This document shows positions 22,544-34,885 of a stretch of DNA of 64,000 bases, piece by piece. This DNA comes from Macrostomum lignano. Lineage: Eukaryota. The first letter of the stretch is position 1. Each line of letters starts with the position of its first letter. The position numbers and the translations under genes were made by a program. Under the pieces are notes generated by a model. It had not been told where the DNA came from, ran no database searches, and was given only the letters and a program-made list of their open reading frames with translations. The stretch spans positions 248,001-312,000 of the forward strand of contig NIVC01000980.1 in assembly GCA_002269645.1 (NCBI GenBank), written 5' to 3'.

Positions 22544-25500
22544 TTAAGAGGACCGATTCGGATCGGCCATCGGCTGCAGCGGCATCTGCAGCAGCTGCGG
22601 CACGGCAGCGGGAGCTCCGCCTACAGCCTGGGAGACCTCGGAGTCGTCGGCAGAGTCCAGGCTGACAATGCGAGCCACCGGAGCTGGCGGGGGCGGCGTG
22701 GCCAGCTGAGGCTGGTGCTGGTTGAGCAACACGGGGAAGGCGCGGACAGGGCAGAGCACAGGCGGGCTGCCGTAGCAGTAACCTCCGGGCGCGGCGGGGG
22801 AATAGGCGGCTGCCAGCTGCTGCGGCTGCTGCTGGCTGTACAGCTGTCCGCAGTCGAACTCCACCGACTTAAGAGGGGGAAGGCGAGCATTTTTGCAGTT
22901 GGGCTAATTTTTAGCGCTAGCGAGACAGCCCTTGGGGAAATGAAGGGTGGAGATTTAGGTAGGGAGACACTGGGAATAGCGAGACCAGAATGAACGGGTG
23001 GAGTTGAAAGGTATTATTGAAGGGGCGGGAATGAAGGCGGGAATGAAGGCGGGAATGAAGGGACGGAAATGAAAGGAAGGGATTAGAGGGTGGGAATGAA
23101 TGCGATGGGAATGAAGGGACGGGACGGGATTCATGGAAATGAAAGATTAAGTGAAGAATTAAGGGATGCGGTTGGTAGAGAAGGCTAAAGAGTCGTGAAG
23201 GGAGGAATTGTGATGGGATGAGTGTTATGAACGTCAGGCTTACCTCGTTAGCGTAGGACTGGTCTGTACAGCTGGGGTCAGTGCCATAGTCGCTGGTGGC
23301 ACTCAGGAAAGGGCCCGGTCCTCCGCCGTCTGGGTAGCCTGCGGCGGGCGTCCTGTTGGCAGTGAGCGGGCTGCTGTAGTAAGGCAGGGCGGCGCCTCCA
23401 CCGCCAGCCATGGGGCCGAAAGCCGAAGTCGAATAATAGGCAGCGCTTGACGGTGTGTTGCTCTGCAAATGGAGGGAAAAATTAAAGCGCTACACAAAGA
23501 CTGGTACAGAGACAGGTGCTACACAAAGACTGGTACAGAGACAGGTGCTACACAAAGACTGGTACAGAGACAGGTGCTACACAAAGACTGGTACAGAGAC
23601 AGGTGCTACACAAAGACTGGTACAGAGACAGGCGCTACACAAAGACTGGTACAGAGACAGGTGCTACACAAAGACTGGTACAGAGACAGGTGCTACACAA
23701 AGACTGGTACAGAGACAGGTGCTACACAAAGACTGGTACAGAGACAGGCGCTACACAGAGACTGGTACAGAGACAGGTGCTACACAAAGACTGGTACAGA
23801 GACAGGTGCTACACAAAGACTGGTACAGAGACAGGTGCTACACAAAGACTGGTACAGAGACAGGTGCTACACAAAGACTGGTACAGAGACAGGTGCTACA
23901 CAAAGACTGGTACAGAGACAGGCGCTACACAAAGACTGGTACAGAGACAGGTGCTACACAAAGACTGGTACAGAGACAGGCGCTACAAAGACTGGTATAG
24001 AGACAGGCGCTAAAAAGACTGGAGAGACAGGCGCTATAAAGACTGGTATAGAGACAGGCGCTAAAAAGACTGGAGAGACAGGCGCTATAAAGGCTGGTAT
24101 AGAGACGCGCTATAAAGGCAATTGGCATAGGCACAATGACTGTACACAAATACTTGTAGATATACTACAAAGCAGTTTAATTAAAGAAATCAACTCACAA
24201 GGGCCGGACTTGGCGACTGTTGCTGATGATGATGATGACCGATTGAACTGGGCCACACTGCGGCAGCAAACTGAGCCGGCAGGCACATCAGCTGGGCCGC
24301 GGTGGCTGCCGACATACCGTGGTGATTTGGAGGGGCACCGTTGACGGCGGCTGCGGCGGCAGCTGCGGCAGCAGCGGCGGCGGTGGTCATAGTGTAGGGC
24401 TGCCCGTAGCCGGCTGGATAATGCAGATCACCGCCACCGCCACCCAGAGCCAGCTGGTGCTGCTGATGATGGTAGTGCTGGTAGAGGCTGCCGGGGATGT
24501 GGAACACGGCCATACCGTTCTGGTAGGTGTATGGCACCGAGCCGGCCGTGAAGAACACGCCATTGCTGTTGGAGTCGGGCCTGTGGTACAGGGGCTGCAC
24601 GCCAGGAGGCGGTCAGAGCAGGCAGGTCACTATTACTCTTGCCGTTTACTCAAGCTCAGAAAATTTTGAGACATTGAAAATTAACTAATTTACTCATGTA
24701 AAAGAGGCAGGAGGTGATTGATGTGTGCTTTGATGGAAGTTCTAGCAAAGGAAACTACTTTTTAAAAAAAAATTACATTTAAAGGGGTTGCAGTCTAGTG
24801 GTTAGAGCATCGGATTCACGATTTAAAGGTTGGGGGTTCGATTCCCGATCCCACTAGAACAATTTGTGTCCTTGAGCAAGACACTTAACTCTGCATTGCT
24901 GCAGTTCACCCAGCTGTAAGATGGGTGCCAGCATCAGCTGGGGTAATTGAGGGTGTGTGTGGCGGGCGACCCCCCAGTCCTTGGACTGAACAGCCGTATG
25001 CAGCCTTCAGATGCGCCGCGCAATAGCTGCGACTGAGCTGTCGGTTGCACACCTGCCCATTGGAGAAAGTGTGAGATCAATCATTACTAGTAACTAAATG
25101 TAAACAGCAAACTAACTTAGACTGAAATGTACTAACGAGATGCCGAGGCGCTTTACAAATTCAAGACAGCGATTGTTACTCTGGCCGTTTACTCAAGTTA
25201 AAACTGCCCAGATTTAAAAATTCATAATAAACACTTGTCCAAATATTCAAGCAGCGAGTAGCTTACACTCTTTTTGATAGCCGGGCCGATGTTAAGCCGC
25301 CTAGATCGGAATACCAGGCCGTCCCGGGACTCGCGGTCCCTCCGAATGATTGAGTCGGCCAGCTCAGCCGACTCGAACGTAACAAATCCGTAGCCCTTGG
25401 ACGTGCCGCTCTTGTCCGCTATGATTTTCACGTCGCGCACTTCGCCAAGAGCGGAGAAGAATTCCATTAGCTCGGCCTCGGTGGCGCTAGAAGGTATACC

Positions 25501-25710
25501 GCCGACGAACACTCGATTAGGGATTAGAGTGCCGCCGAGTTCAGTATTGGCTGCTGTCGATACGGGAGTCCCTGGCATGGCGACAATGGCCGTTGTTGAC
25601 GCCGTGGGAGCTGCTGACGCGGTGGTCGCAGCGTCCGACACAGACGGCGGTGAGACAGCTGGCGACTGCGGCGACGGCGCTTCGGTGGCGGTCAATTGAG
25701 TGCCGGACAT
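22544..25710 (-). CDS. boule: Boule (DAZ-family RRM protein); exons 25710-25267, 24594-24199, 23462-23244, 22867-22544; about 460 aa
   Basis: RRM with IPNRVFVGGI, SKGYGFVTF and RRLNIGPAIKK, followed by the Boule-type PYTYQNGMAVFH segment. All exons join in phase 0 at GT-AG; the 3' exon choices are less certain. Confidence 0.9.
23490..24110. repeat. 29-bp minisatellite (ACACAAAGACTGGTACAGAGACAGGTGCT) in boule intron 2
   Basis: Period 29; source of three spurious + strand ORFs. Confidence 0.95.
24784..25070 (+). mobile_element. tRNA-derived SINE with CORE-like central domain, copy 1 (boule intron 1, antisense to gene)
   Basis: A-box-like TCTAGTGGTTAGAG and B-box GGTTCGATTCC, then GTGTCCTTGAGCAAGACACTTAACT...CAGCTGTAAGATGGG. 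Highly similar to copies at 44511 and 55482. Confidence 0.85.
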
Positions 25711-28093
25711 TGCTATTTATTTGTGTACTTCGCGTGATTCGGTCTATAGAGGCAGCAACAGCAAACAGATGCAATTGTTAGCTAATTCTAATTTTGAAAT
25801 ACCGTAAAGCAGTTAAATTCAAGTTCCAAATACCCTATCCACGATAAATAGTAGAAATGTAACCACAAAACCTTACAATTTACGAAGTCCTTAGTTCTAT
25901 CTGTATATCATCCTGTCCGTGCATTTTTAAGTTTAACTCAAAAAGTCCATGATTTATATAATCCTAGCGGCCATAGATGCGCAACTGCTGGCCAATCTGG
26001 CCGATCCGGCCACCGTAAGTTGTGGTGGACCAGTGGTAAGTCGCAAAAATGCCAACCAAAGTACAAATGTAGTACTAATTAGATGCCTAGGCATTTAGCC
26101 TTAATAAGACCGTTAAGTTACTCCTGCCGTTTACCTTAGGACAAAGCTAATTTTTGCTGTAAGGGTTTCTTTCCCAAGTTGCATTTTTGGTCAAAAAGTA
26201 AGTCTCATGGCCAGTGTAAATCAAAGAAGGGGGTTGCGCATGTATGTCCTAGCTCTAGGCTCAGCATGACAATTTGAGAAAATTGAATCAATACATGTTG
26301 TAAATTTACTGAGAATATACTAAATACGACAAACTTACCAGCAAACGCCTGAAACAAAGATTCAAAGCGAGTTTATTTTATTTGTTGAATTCGAAATGCT
26401 ACGCGAGCTCCCGTGTAAGTCAATCGCATATACACAGATCAACGAGTTATCGTGATGCTGTTTTTTCCTAACTAATCGGCTTCACGGTTTGACTTGGCGG
26501 GACCCTTAAAACATAAACCCTCAAACGGTATATGGGCTCGGCTCAGCTCTGTGCTTGTCTGCCGCGGGTTGTAAGATAGATAGGCCTCGCTGTGTACGAG
26601 ACAGTTCACCCTGTTATAATTATCCATACCCAACCCAAGCCACCCACCCATCCCCCAACCCCCCGCTGGCCTTCAACCAATTACTCTGTGAGGCCATAAA
26701 CTGCCCACATCTAAAGGAGAGAAAGGGGCTGGCTGTACGAGCCAGGGGTAGAAGAGTGGAGTGGGCCAGTTGCCTCTCTCTCTATCAGCCAATCAGAATT
26801 TAGGTTAGTAAATCTCAAGGGTGCGTGCAAACCCTATTCGTTTGTATCATACCTAATTAATGACGCTGTGTAGGGCAGCGTTGGATTAGGTGATAAGCGA
26901 TTGTAGTAGCATAGCATAGGATAGCCATTATTAGACCTTGTGTTTTACATACGATAATAATACCCCTGTAAAGCCGTATTGCGTTATTTATTACAATTAC
27001 ACGTGCGATTCAAAATTAGTTTAGTGTAGAACGGTTAGAAGTGGAAAGTGTCTGGTTTTTCAATTCAATGCTTAGTTTTTGCAAATTTCAACTTGAGTTG
27101 ATTTTGTGTTTTATGGATGATAACCCATAACTCCAAAAAATAACAACAAGGATAACAGAATTTTCTCACAGCAAAACTTCATGTAACTTGATCGTTCAAT
27201 GTTCTCTTTAAATTTAATGAATTAATTATAATACATAATATGGCCTGTACTGTGCCGATATAGACTGAATATATAAAATTAATTAACTGTAAAGTTATTA
27301 CGTCAGTTCAGCTTTGGCCTTCTGTCCTTACCAGTTTGTGTAAAATTCAGGTTGATGGGGACGGGGTGGAGGGGTAGGGCAAGGGTTGACATTTTTCGGG
27401 TATTCGAGTGAGGAGAGTGTGCGTTCTGCCAAGAAAAAATCGATTATTTTCTAATTCGTTCACCCAAAGCGGCCCCTTCTCGGTCTCACAGTGTACACTG
27501 AAGATCGGCGGTCTGCACCAGCCTTGATGTACAGCGTAAGGGGTTTACGGCACGGGTCCCGTCAGTTGAATAGAAAGCCCCACATAAGGGTTATAATCAC
27601 ATTCTTGTTCTGTCTTGGCCATACCCTTCCCACTCGCAGAGTCGCAGTCCAGTATTCACATGTTTGTCCAGCCCTCCTGTTAATTCGTAATTCTTCTGCA
27701 TCTCGTAAGTTGTACATTAAAACTTCTAAGCCTTAAATCTCTTTCATTGACGCCACGCATTGATCGATATTTTTTAATTTGAATGCTGAAAGTTTAAATG
27801 TAAAGCCTTTAAGGCCTGCACAGCATTTTCGGTTGCCCGTTATGAAGTGAACTTTTGGATCAAATAAATAAATAGATTTTTGTAATATACGCTCGCAAAT
27901 ATCTAATCTAACGCAGCATGCCAAAGGGATCCCTTTGACACAGGGATGCCAAAATCCCAAATCTTTATAATCCTGGGACCCGAAATTCCGAAATCCCGAA
28001 AGTTTAGGGCACTCCAATCTTCAACTGTAGGGAATCTAACTAAACTTTAAGTATACGAGTGATTGAAATCAGGTAGAAGATAGTGCAAGAGGC

Positions 28094-31000
28094 CCTCTCC
28101 TTCAGTCTCCCTCTCCCTCAGTCTACTCCCTCCCCTCAGTCTCCCTCTCCCTCAGTCTACTCCCCAGTGTTGGGCACTTCCGTTACCGAGTAACTTGCAA
28201 ATGGTAACGCAAGTTACTTTTTCGTAAAGCGTACCTTACGCAAGTTACTTTCCTATTTTGGTAACGGAGTAACGGTAAGTTACTCAAATTTCAGAAGTCC
28301 GTTACAGTTACTTTGCAACAATCGCAATATTTAAATTTAAAACTGAAATGCTTAGCTATTACGCCGGTTGTCACATGTTTTTGCATTTTTCATTCCTAAA
28401 TTCAAAATTAAGTGAATAGTATCATATGGTATTGCGCTTAATTAATGAAGAAATACTTGAAACATGTTTTACTTTGTTAATTTCGGTAAAATATTGTCGC
28501 CTTTCATTTTCGTTACTAAAAATTTTCAAGTTTGATTCAAACAAACAACCAAAGAAAGAAATTCATCTGTAGCCTCCACAAGTCCCTCCACTGGCACTGC
28601 AGTACACTAAACCATTTTATACAGTTCTATTTATTTTACTCTATTGAATTATTGATATTCGTTTATTTATCATTTATAATTTTAATTATTGATTGCCATT
28701 GCCCATTGGTCCTTCTACTTGCCTCACATCGTGTCGCCAATTCCTGTCTCTGTCTGTTAATCGGTTAATCCCAATGCCCAATGGCAAATTTCGGTAACAA
28801 CAATGTGAAAAAATGTGCAATGTGAAAAAAAGCTGAAAATTTTTGTTAATAACATGGGTAACGGAAGTGAGTAACGGACAGTAACTTAAAAGTTACCAGA
28901 TTTTTGTCTAAAGTTACTAGGCTAACGTAAGTTACCTTTTAAAAATTGGTAACTTAAGTTACAGTAACGCAAGTTACTTTTTTTGAGTAACTTGCCCAAC
29001 ACTGCTACTCCCTCCCCTCAGTCTCCCTCTCCCTCAGTCTACTCCCTCCCCTCAGTCTCCCTCTCCCTCTCCCTCAGTCTTCTCCCTCAGTCTACTCCCT
29101 CTCCCTCAGTCTACCCCCTCTCCCTCAGTCTACCCCCTCTCCCTCAGTCTACTCCCTCTCCCTCAGTCTACTCCCTCCCCTCAGTCTCCCTCTCCCTCAG
29201 TCTACTCCCTCCCCTCAGTCTCCCTCTCCCTCAGTCTACTCCCTCCCCTCAGTCTCCCTCTCCCTCTCCCTCAGTCTTCTCCCTCAGTCTACTCCCTCTC
29301 CCTCAGTCTACCCCCTCTCCCTCAGTCTACCCCCTCTCCCTCAGTCTACCCTCTCTCCCTCAGTCTACTCCCTCCCCTCAGTCTCCCTCTCCCTCCCCTC
29401 AGTCTACTCCCTCTCCCTCAGTCTACTCCCTCCCCTCAGTCTACTCCCTCCCCCTCAGTCTACTCCCTCTCCTCAGTCTCCCTCTCCCTCAGTCTACTCC
29501 CTCCCCTCAGTCTCCCTCTCCCTCTCCCTCAGTCTACCCCCTCTCCCTCAGTCTACTCCCTCTCCCTCAGTCTACTCCCTCCCCTCAGTCTACTCCCTCT
29601 CCCTCAGTCTACTCCCTCCCCTCAGTCTCCCTCTCCCTCAGTCTACTCCCTCCCCTCAGTCTCCCTCTCCCTCTCCCTCAGTCTTCTCCCTCAGTCTACT
29701 CCCTCTCCCTCAGTCTACCCCCTCTCCCTCAGTCTACCCCCTCTCCCTCAGTCTACTCCCTCTCCCTCAGTCTACTCCCTCCCCTCAGTCTCCCTCTCCC
29801 TCAGTCTACTCCCTCCCCTCAGTCTCCCTCTCCCTCAGTCTACTCCCTCCCCTCAGTCTCCCTCTCCCTCTCCCTCAGTCTTCTCCCTCAGTCTACTCCC
29901 TCTCCCTCAGTCTACCCCCTCTCCCTCAGTCTACCCCCTCTCCCTCAGTCTACCCCCTCTCCCTCAGTCTACTCCCTCTCCCTCAGTCTACCCCCTCTCC
30001 CTCAGTCTACTCCCTCTCCCTCAGTCTACTCCCTCTCCCTCAGTCTACTCCCTCCCCTCAGTCTCCCTCTCCCTCTCCCTCAGTCTTCTCCCTCAGTCTA
30101 CTCCCTCTCCCTCAGTCTACCCCCTCTCCCTCAGTCTACTCCCTCCCCTCAGTCTCCCTCTCCCTCTCCCTCAGTCTTCTCCCTCAGTCTACTCCCTCTC
30201 CTTCAGTCTACCCCCTCTCCCTCAGTCTACCCCCTCTCCCTCAGTCTACTCCCTCCCCTCAGTCTCCCTCTCCCTCTCCCTCAGTCTTCTCCCTCAGTCT
30301 ACTCTCTCTCCCTCAGTCTACCCCCTCTCCCTCAGTCTACCCCCTCTCCCTCAGTCTACTCCCTCTCCCTCAGTCTACCCCCTCTCCCTCAGTCTACTCC
30401 CTCTCCCTCAGTCTACTCCCTCTCCCTCAGTCTACTCCCTCCCCTCAGTCTCCCTCTCCCTCTCCCTCAGTCTTCTCCCTCAGTCTACTCCCTCCCCTCA
30501 GTCTCCCTCTCCCTCAGTCTACTCCCTCCCCTCAGTCTCCCTCTCCCTCTCCCTCAGTCTTCTCCCTCAGTCTACTCCCTCTCCCTCAGTCTACCCCTCT
30601 CCCTCAGTCTACCCCCTCTCCCTCAGTCTACTCCCTCTCCCTCAGTCTACCCCTCTCCCTCAGTCTACTCCCTCTCCCTCAGTCTACCCCTCTCCCTCAG
30701 TCTACTCCCTCTCCCTCAGTCTACTCCCTCTCCCTCAGTCTACTCCCTCCCCTCAGTCTCCCTCTCCCTCTCCCTCAGTCTTCTCCCTCAGTCTACTCCC
30801 TCTCCCTCAGTCTACCCCCTCTCCCTCAGTCTACTCCCTCCCCTCAGTCTCCCTCTCCCTCTCCCTCAGTCTTCTCCCTCAGTCTACTCTCTCTCCCTCA
30901 GTCTACCCCCTCTCCCTCAGTCTACCCCCTCTCCCTCAGTCTACGCCCTCTCCCTCAGTCTACCCCTCTCCCTCAGTCTACTCCCTCTCCCTCAGTCTAC

Positions 31001-33095
31001 TCCCTCTCCCTCAGTCTACTCCCTCCCCTCAGTCTCCCTCTCCCTCTCCCTCAGTCTTCTCCCTCAGTCTACTCCCTCCCCTCAGTCTCCCTCTCCCTCA
31101 GTCTACTCCCTCCCCTCAGTCTCCCTCTCCCTCTCCCTCAGTCTTCTCCCTCAGTCTACTCCCTCTCCCTCAGTCTACCCCCTCTCCCTCAGTCTACCCC
31201 TCTCCCTCAGTCTACTCCCTCTCCCTCAGTCTACCCCCTCTCCCTCAGTCTACTCCCTCTCCCTCAGTCTACTCCCTCTCCCTCAGTCTACTCCCTCCCC
31301 TCAGTCTCCCTCTCCCTCTCCCTCAGTCTTCTCCCTCAGTCTACTCCCTCTCCCTCAGTCTACCCCCTCTCCCTCAGTCTACCCCCTCTCCCTCAGTCTA
31401 CCCCCTCTCCCTCAGTCTACCCCCTCTCCCTCAGTCTCCCTCTCCCTCCCCTCAGTCTACTCCCTCCCCCTCAGTCTACTCCCTCTCCTCAGTCTCCCTC
31501 TCCCTCAGTCTACTCCCTCCCCTCAGTCTCCCTCTCCCTCTCCCTCAGTCTACCCCCTCTCCCTCAGTCTACTCCCTCTCCCTCAGTCTACTCCCTCCCC
31601 TCAGTCTACTCCCTCTCCCTCAGTCTACTCCCTCCCCTCAGTCTCCCTCTCCCTCTCCCTCAGTCTTCTCCCTCAGTCTACTCCCTCTCCCTCAGTCTAC
31701 CCCCTCTCCCTCAGTCTACCCCCTCTCCCTCAGTCTACTCCCTCTCCCTCAGTCTACCCCCTCTCCCTCAGTCTACTCCCTCTCCCTCAGTCTACTCCCT
31801 CTCCCTCAGTCTACTCCCTCCCCTCAGTCTCCCTCTCCCTCTCCCTCAGTCTTCTCCCTCAGTCTACTCCCTCTCCCTCAGTCTACCCCTCTCCCTCAGT
31901 CTACTCCCTCCCTCAGTCTCCCTCTCCCTCTCCCTCAGTCTTCTCCCCCAGTCTACTCCCTCTCCCTCAGTCTACCCCCTCTCCCTCAGTCTACCCCCTC
32001 TCCCTCAGTCTACTCCCTCTCCCTCAGTCTACTCCCTCTCCCTCAGTCTACTCCCTCCCCTCAGTCTCCCTCTCCCTCTCCCTCAGTCTTCTCCCTCAGT
32101 CTACTCTCTCTCCCTCAGTCTACCCCCTCTCCCTCAGTCTACCCCCTCTCCCTCAGTCTACGCCCTCTCCCTCAGTCTACCCCCTCTCCCTCAGTCTACT
32201 CCCTCTCCCTCAGTCTACTCCCTCTCCCTCAGTCTACTCCCTCCCCTCAGTCTCCCTCTCCCTCCCCTCAGTCTACTCCCTCCCCCTCAGTCTACTCCCT
32301 CCCCTCAGTCTCCCTCTCCCTCAGTCTACTCCCTCCCCTCAGTCTCCCTCTCCCTCTCCCTCAGTCTTCTCCCTCAGTCTACTCCCTCTCCCTCAGTCTA
32401 CCCCCTCTCCCTCAGTCTACCCCCTCTCCCTCAGTCTACTCCCTCTCCCTCAGTCTACCCCCTCTCCCTCAGTCTACTCCCTCTCCCTCAGTCTACTCCC
32501 TCTCCCTCAGTCTACTCCCTCCCCTCAGTCTCCCTCTCCCTCTCCCTCAGTCTTCTCCCTCAGTCTACTCCCTCTCCCTCAGTCTACCCCCTCTCCCTCA
32601 GTCTACCCCCTCTTCCTCAGTCTACCCCCTCTCCCTCAGTCTACTCCCTCTCCTCAGTCTACCCCCTCTCCCTCAGTCTACTCCCTCTCCTCAGTCTACT
32701 CCCTCTCCCTCAGTCTACTCCCTCTCCTCAGTCTACTCCCTCTCCTCAGTCTACTCCCTCTCCTCAGTCTACTCCCTCCCCTCAGTCTCCCTCTCCCTCA
32801 GTCTACCCCCTCTCCCTCAGTCTACTCCCTCCCCTCAGTCTCCCTCTCCCTCTCCCTCAGTCTACCCCCTCTCCCTCAGTCTACCCCCTCTCCCTCAGTC
32901 TGCCCCCTCTCCCTCAGTCTACTCCCTCTCCTCAGTCTACTCCCTCTCCCTCAGTCTACTCCCTCTCCTCAGTCTACTCCCTCTCCTCAGTCTACTCCCT
33001 CTCCTCAGTCTACTCCCTCCCCTCAGTCTCCCTCTCCCTCAGTCTACCCCCTCTCCCTCAGTCTACTCCCTCTCCCTCAGTCTACTCCTTCTCCC
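28094..33095. repeat. About 4.1 kb pyrimidine-rich minisatellite (variants of CTCTCCCTCAGTCTACTCC), split near its left end by a hAT MITE
   Basis: Array at 28094-28164 and 29005-33095. One frame has no stop, producing the artefactual 1382-aa ORF. Confidence 0.95.
28165..29004. mobile_element. Non-autonomous hAT-type DNA transposon (840 bp)
   Basis: Perfect 12-bp TIR CAGTGTTGGGCA...TGCCCAACACTG and perfect 8-bp TSD CTACTCCC (28157-28164 and 29005-29012). Many GTAAC/GTTAC subterminal motifs at both ends; no transposase ORF. Confidence 0.93.
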
Positions 33096-33487
33096 TATCG
33101 AGCCAGTGTGAAATGCAGGAAAGAATTCTAGCTGCACCTTTTGAGTGTACAGTACATTACTGAAATCCAAAATGCTTTTTTTCCGGTGGGTCAGACTTAT
33201 TTTAATGTAAGTAATTTAAAGGCCAGTTACGTACTTGCATGCGATGAAGCGTTCTCTCCGAAAGAAGATAGACAATGGAGAGTAGAAACGACCAATAGGC
33301 ATGAGTAAGACTAGAAGTAGATATAGCGAAGAGCAAGCAGAGCACAGTGTGCCTGTGCAGGCTCTGTGAATGGATGGCTCGCTTACTCACTGTTTGCCTG
33401 GCCTTATTCATGGCCCAGAGCTAAGAGCCCAAGCAGAATCAGCGAAGGTTGAAAAAATTTAATAATTTAGGTATACTAAAAGCAGCA

Positions 33488-34885
33488 ATGCCACGATATC
33501 AAATCAGCACGCGACTTATCAGCCGCTGGCTATGGACTCTCCTTGTCTTGGCTTCCTGCACCACCTGTCTGTTGCTTCTAGTAGCGCACTCGAGCAGTAG
33601 CAGAGAGTCGAAAAAGCTGTTGCAAAACAAGCCACCAATATTTCTACTTTCTCCGCTAAGATCCCTACAGCAGCAGCATGATCAGAAGCTAAACGGCGAG
33701 CGGTTTCCTGACCAAGTGAGCCGAATTCCCTCCACCCAACCTGTTGCCAGCGGAGGTTTGAGTCTGGATTCGTCGGCTGGGAGCCATGTCCGCAGGCAAC
33801 AGCAACAGAATCACTGGGCACGCACAGAAGCGGTTAAAAAAGCACCGATGCTAGAGCCGACACGACAACCGACAGCAGAGGCAGAAGCACCAACGCCAGT
33901 AGCAAAGCTTCATCCTGCGGACAGTGACAATGCAAGGCCGACACGACAATCAAGGGCACCGTCTGGACAGCCAACGGCTGCAACGAGCTTCCGCGATCTC
34001 TGCTGGCAGCGCGGTTTTAGTCCGGCCTCTGGCAAGCCAATCAACCACACCCCGGGCGATTTCATCATTAGCGAGAGCCGCCTGTGCAGCGGTCGTCCTC
34101 TACTGCTGGCGCTTGTGCACAGCGAGTTCGGCTACCGAAAACGCCGCGACCTCATCCGCAGCACCTGGGCGTCGGTAAACAACATCAACGGGCACCGAAT
34201 CGTAGTAGCATTTGTTGTTGGCGCCACAAGGACAGCTGAGCAGCAGGCAAAGCTGCAGGACGAGAGCCAAGACGCGGCTGACCTTGTGCAGGTTCCGTGC
34301 AGTCCGGATGGCCAGCCCAGCGCGTCAACCTGCAAGGCGCTCTACGGACTCAGATGGGCAAGTCAGAACTGTGCAGGTGCCAGATTTTTGCTAAAGGTTG
34401 ATGACTACGCGTTTGTGAACGTGTTTCAGTTAGTCACCTTAGTAACTGAACGCCTTGCTGACGCAAATCAGACATTTTATTGTCGAACAGCACCTGACGA
34501 GAATCGAATCACGCAATCAGGCTACTATTGGTACGTGAGCGAGGAGGAATGGCCGGAGGATAAGTACCCGCTGCACTGCAAAGGCTTAGCCTATCTAATG
34601 TCGGGAGATCTGCCTTCGCAGTTGGTTCAGTGCGCCGCCTGGCGGAACCTCCTTCATCTAGAGGACATCTTCGTCACGGGCGTGCTGGGCAAAGCATTGC
34701 AGGCCAACTTTATGCACTGGCTCAGAGGCTGGGACTCCGACTGGCTGCATCCGAAACACGCCGGACCGGCTGTAGTCAGTGCACTGGTGCTGGCCACCCC
34801 AGAGGGTGCGCCGCTGCCCAATTTGCAACGGCGCGTCTGGAGAGCGGCTCTCCGTCACAGCGCAGGACTTGCCGGGCTTGACTGA
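33488..34885 (+). CDS. GT31-family beta-1,3-galactosyltransferase-like type II membrane protein, single exon, 465 aa
   Basis: N-terminal TM helix and Ser/Pro/Gln-rich stem, then RRDLIRSTW, VAFVVG, LLKVDDYAFVN, YPLHCKGLAYLMS and EDIFVTG. Confidence 0.88.
   Translation: MPRYQISTRLISRWLWTLLVLASCTTCLLLLVAHSSSSRESKKLLQNKPPIFLLSPLRSLQQQHDQKLNGERFPDQVSRIPSTQPVASGGLSLDSSAGSHVRRQQQQNHWARTEAVKKAPMLEPTRQPTAEAEAPTPVAKLHPADSDNARPTRQSRAPSGQPTAATSFRDLCWQRGFSPASGKPINHTPGDFIISESRLCSGRPLLLALVHSEFGYRKRRDLIRSTWASVNNINGHRIVVAFVVGATRTAEQQAKLQDESQDAADLVQVPCSPDGQPSASTCKALYGLRWASQNCAGARFLLKVDDYAFVNVFQLVTLVTERLADANQTFYCRTAPDENRITQSGYYWYVSEEEWPEDKYPLHCKGLAYLMSGDLPSQLVQCAAWRNLLHLEDIFVTGVLGKALQANFMHWLRGWDSDWLHPKHAGPAVVSALVLATPEGAPLPNLQRRVWRAALRHSAGLAGLD

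Noticed and set aside
23455-24344. Three long + strand repeat ORFs
   Set aside because: Translations of the 29-bp array inside boule intron 2.
24784-24860. tRNA genes at the SINE heads (also 44511 and 55482)
   Set aside because: A and B boxes are present but there is no closed acceptor stem, and each continues into the same SINE body.
28983-33131. 1382-aa ORF as a mucin- or adhesive-like protein
   Set aside because: Non-ATG start inside the MITE TIR, no signal peptide, and entirely a translation of a stop-free minisatellite.
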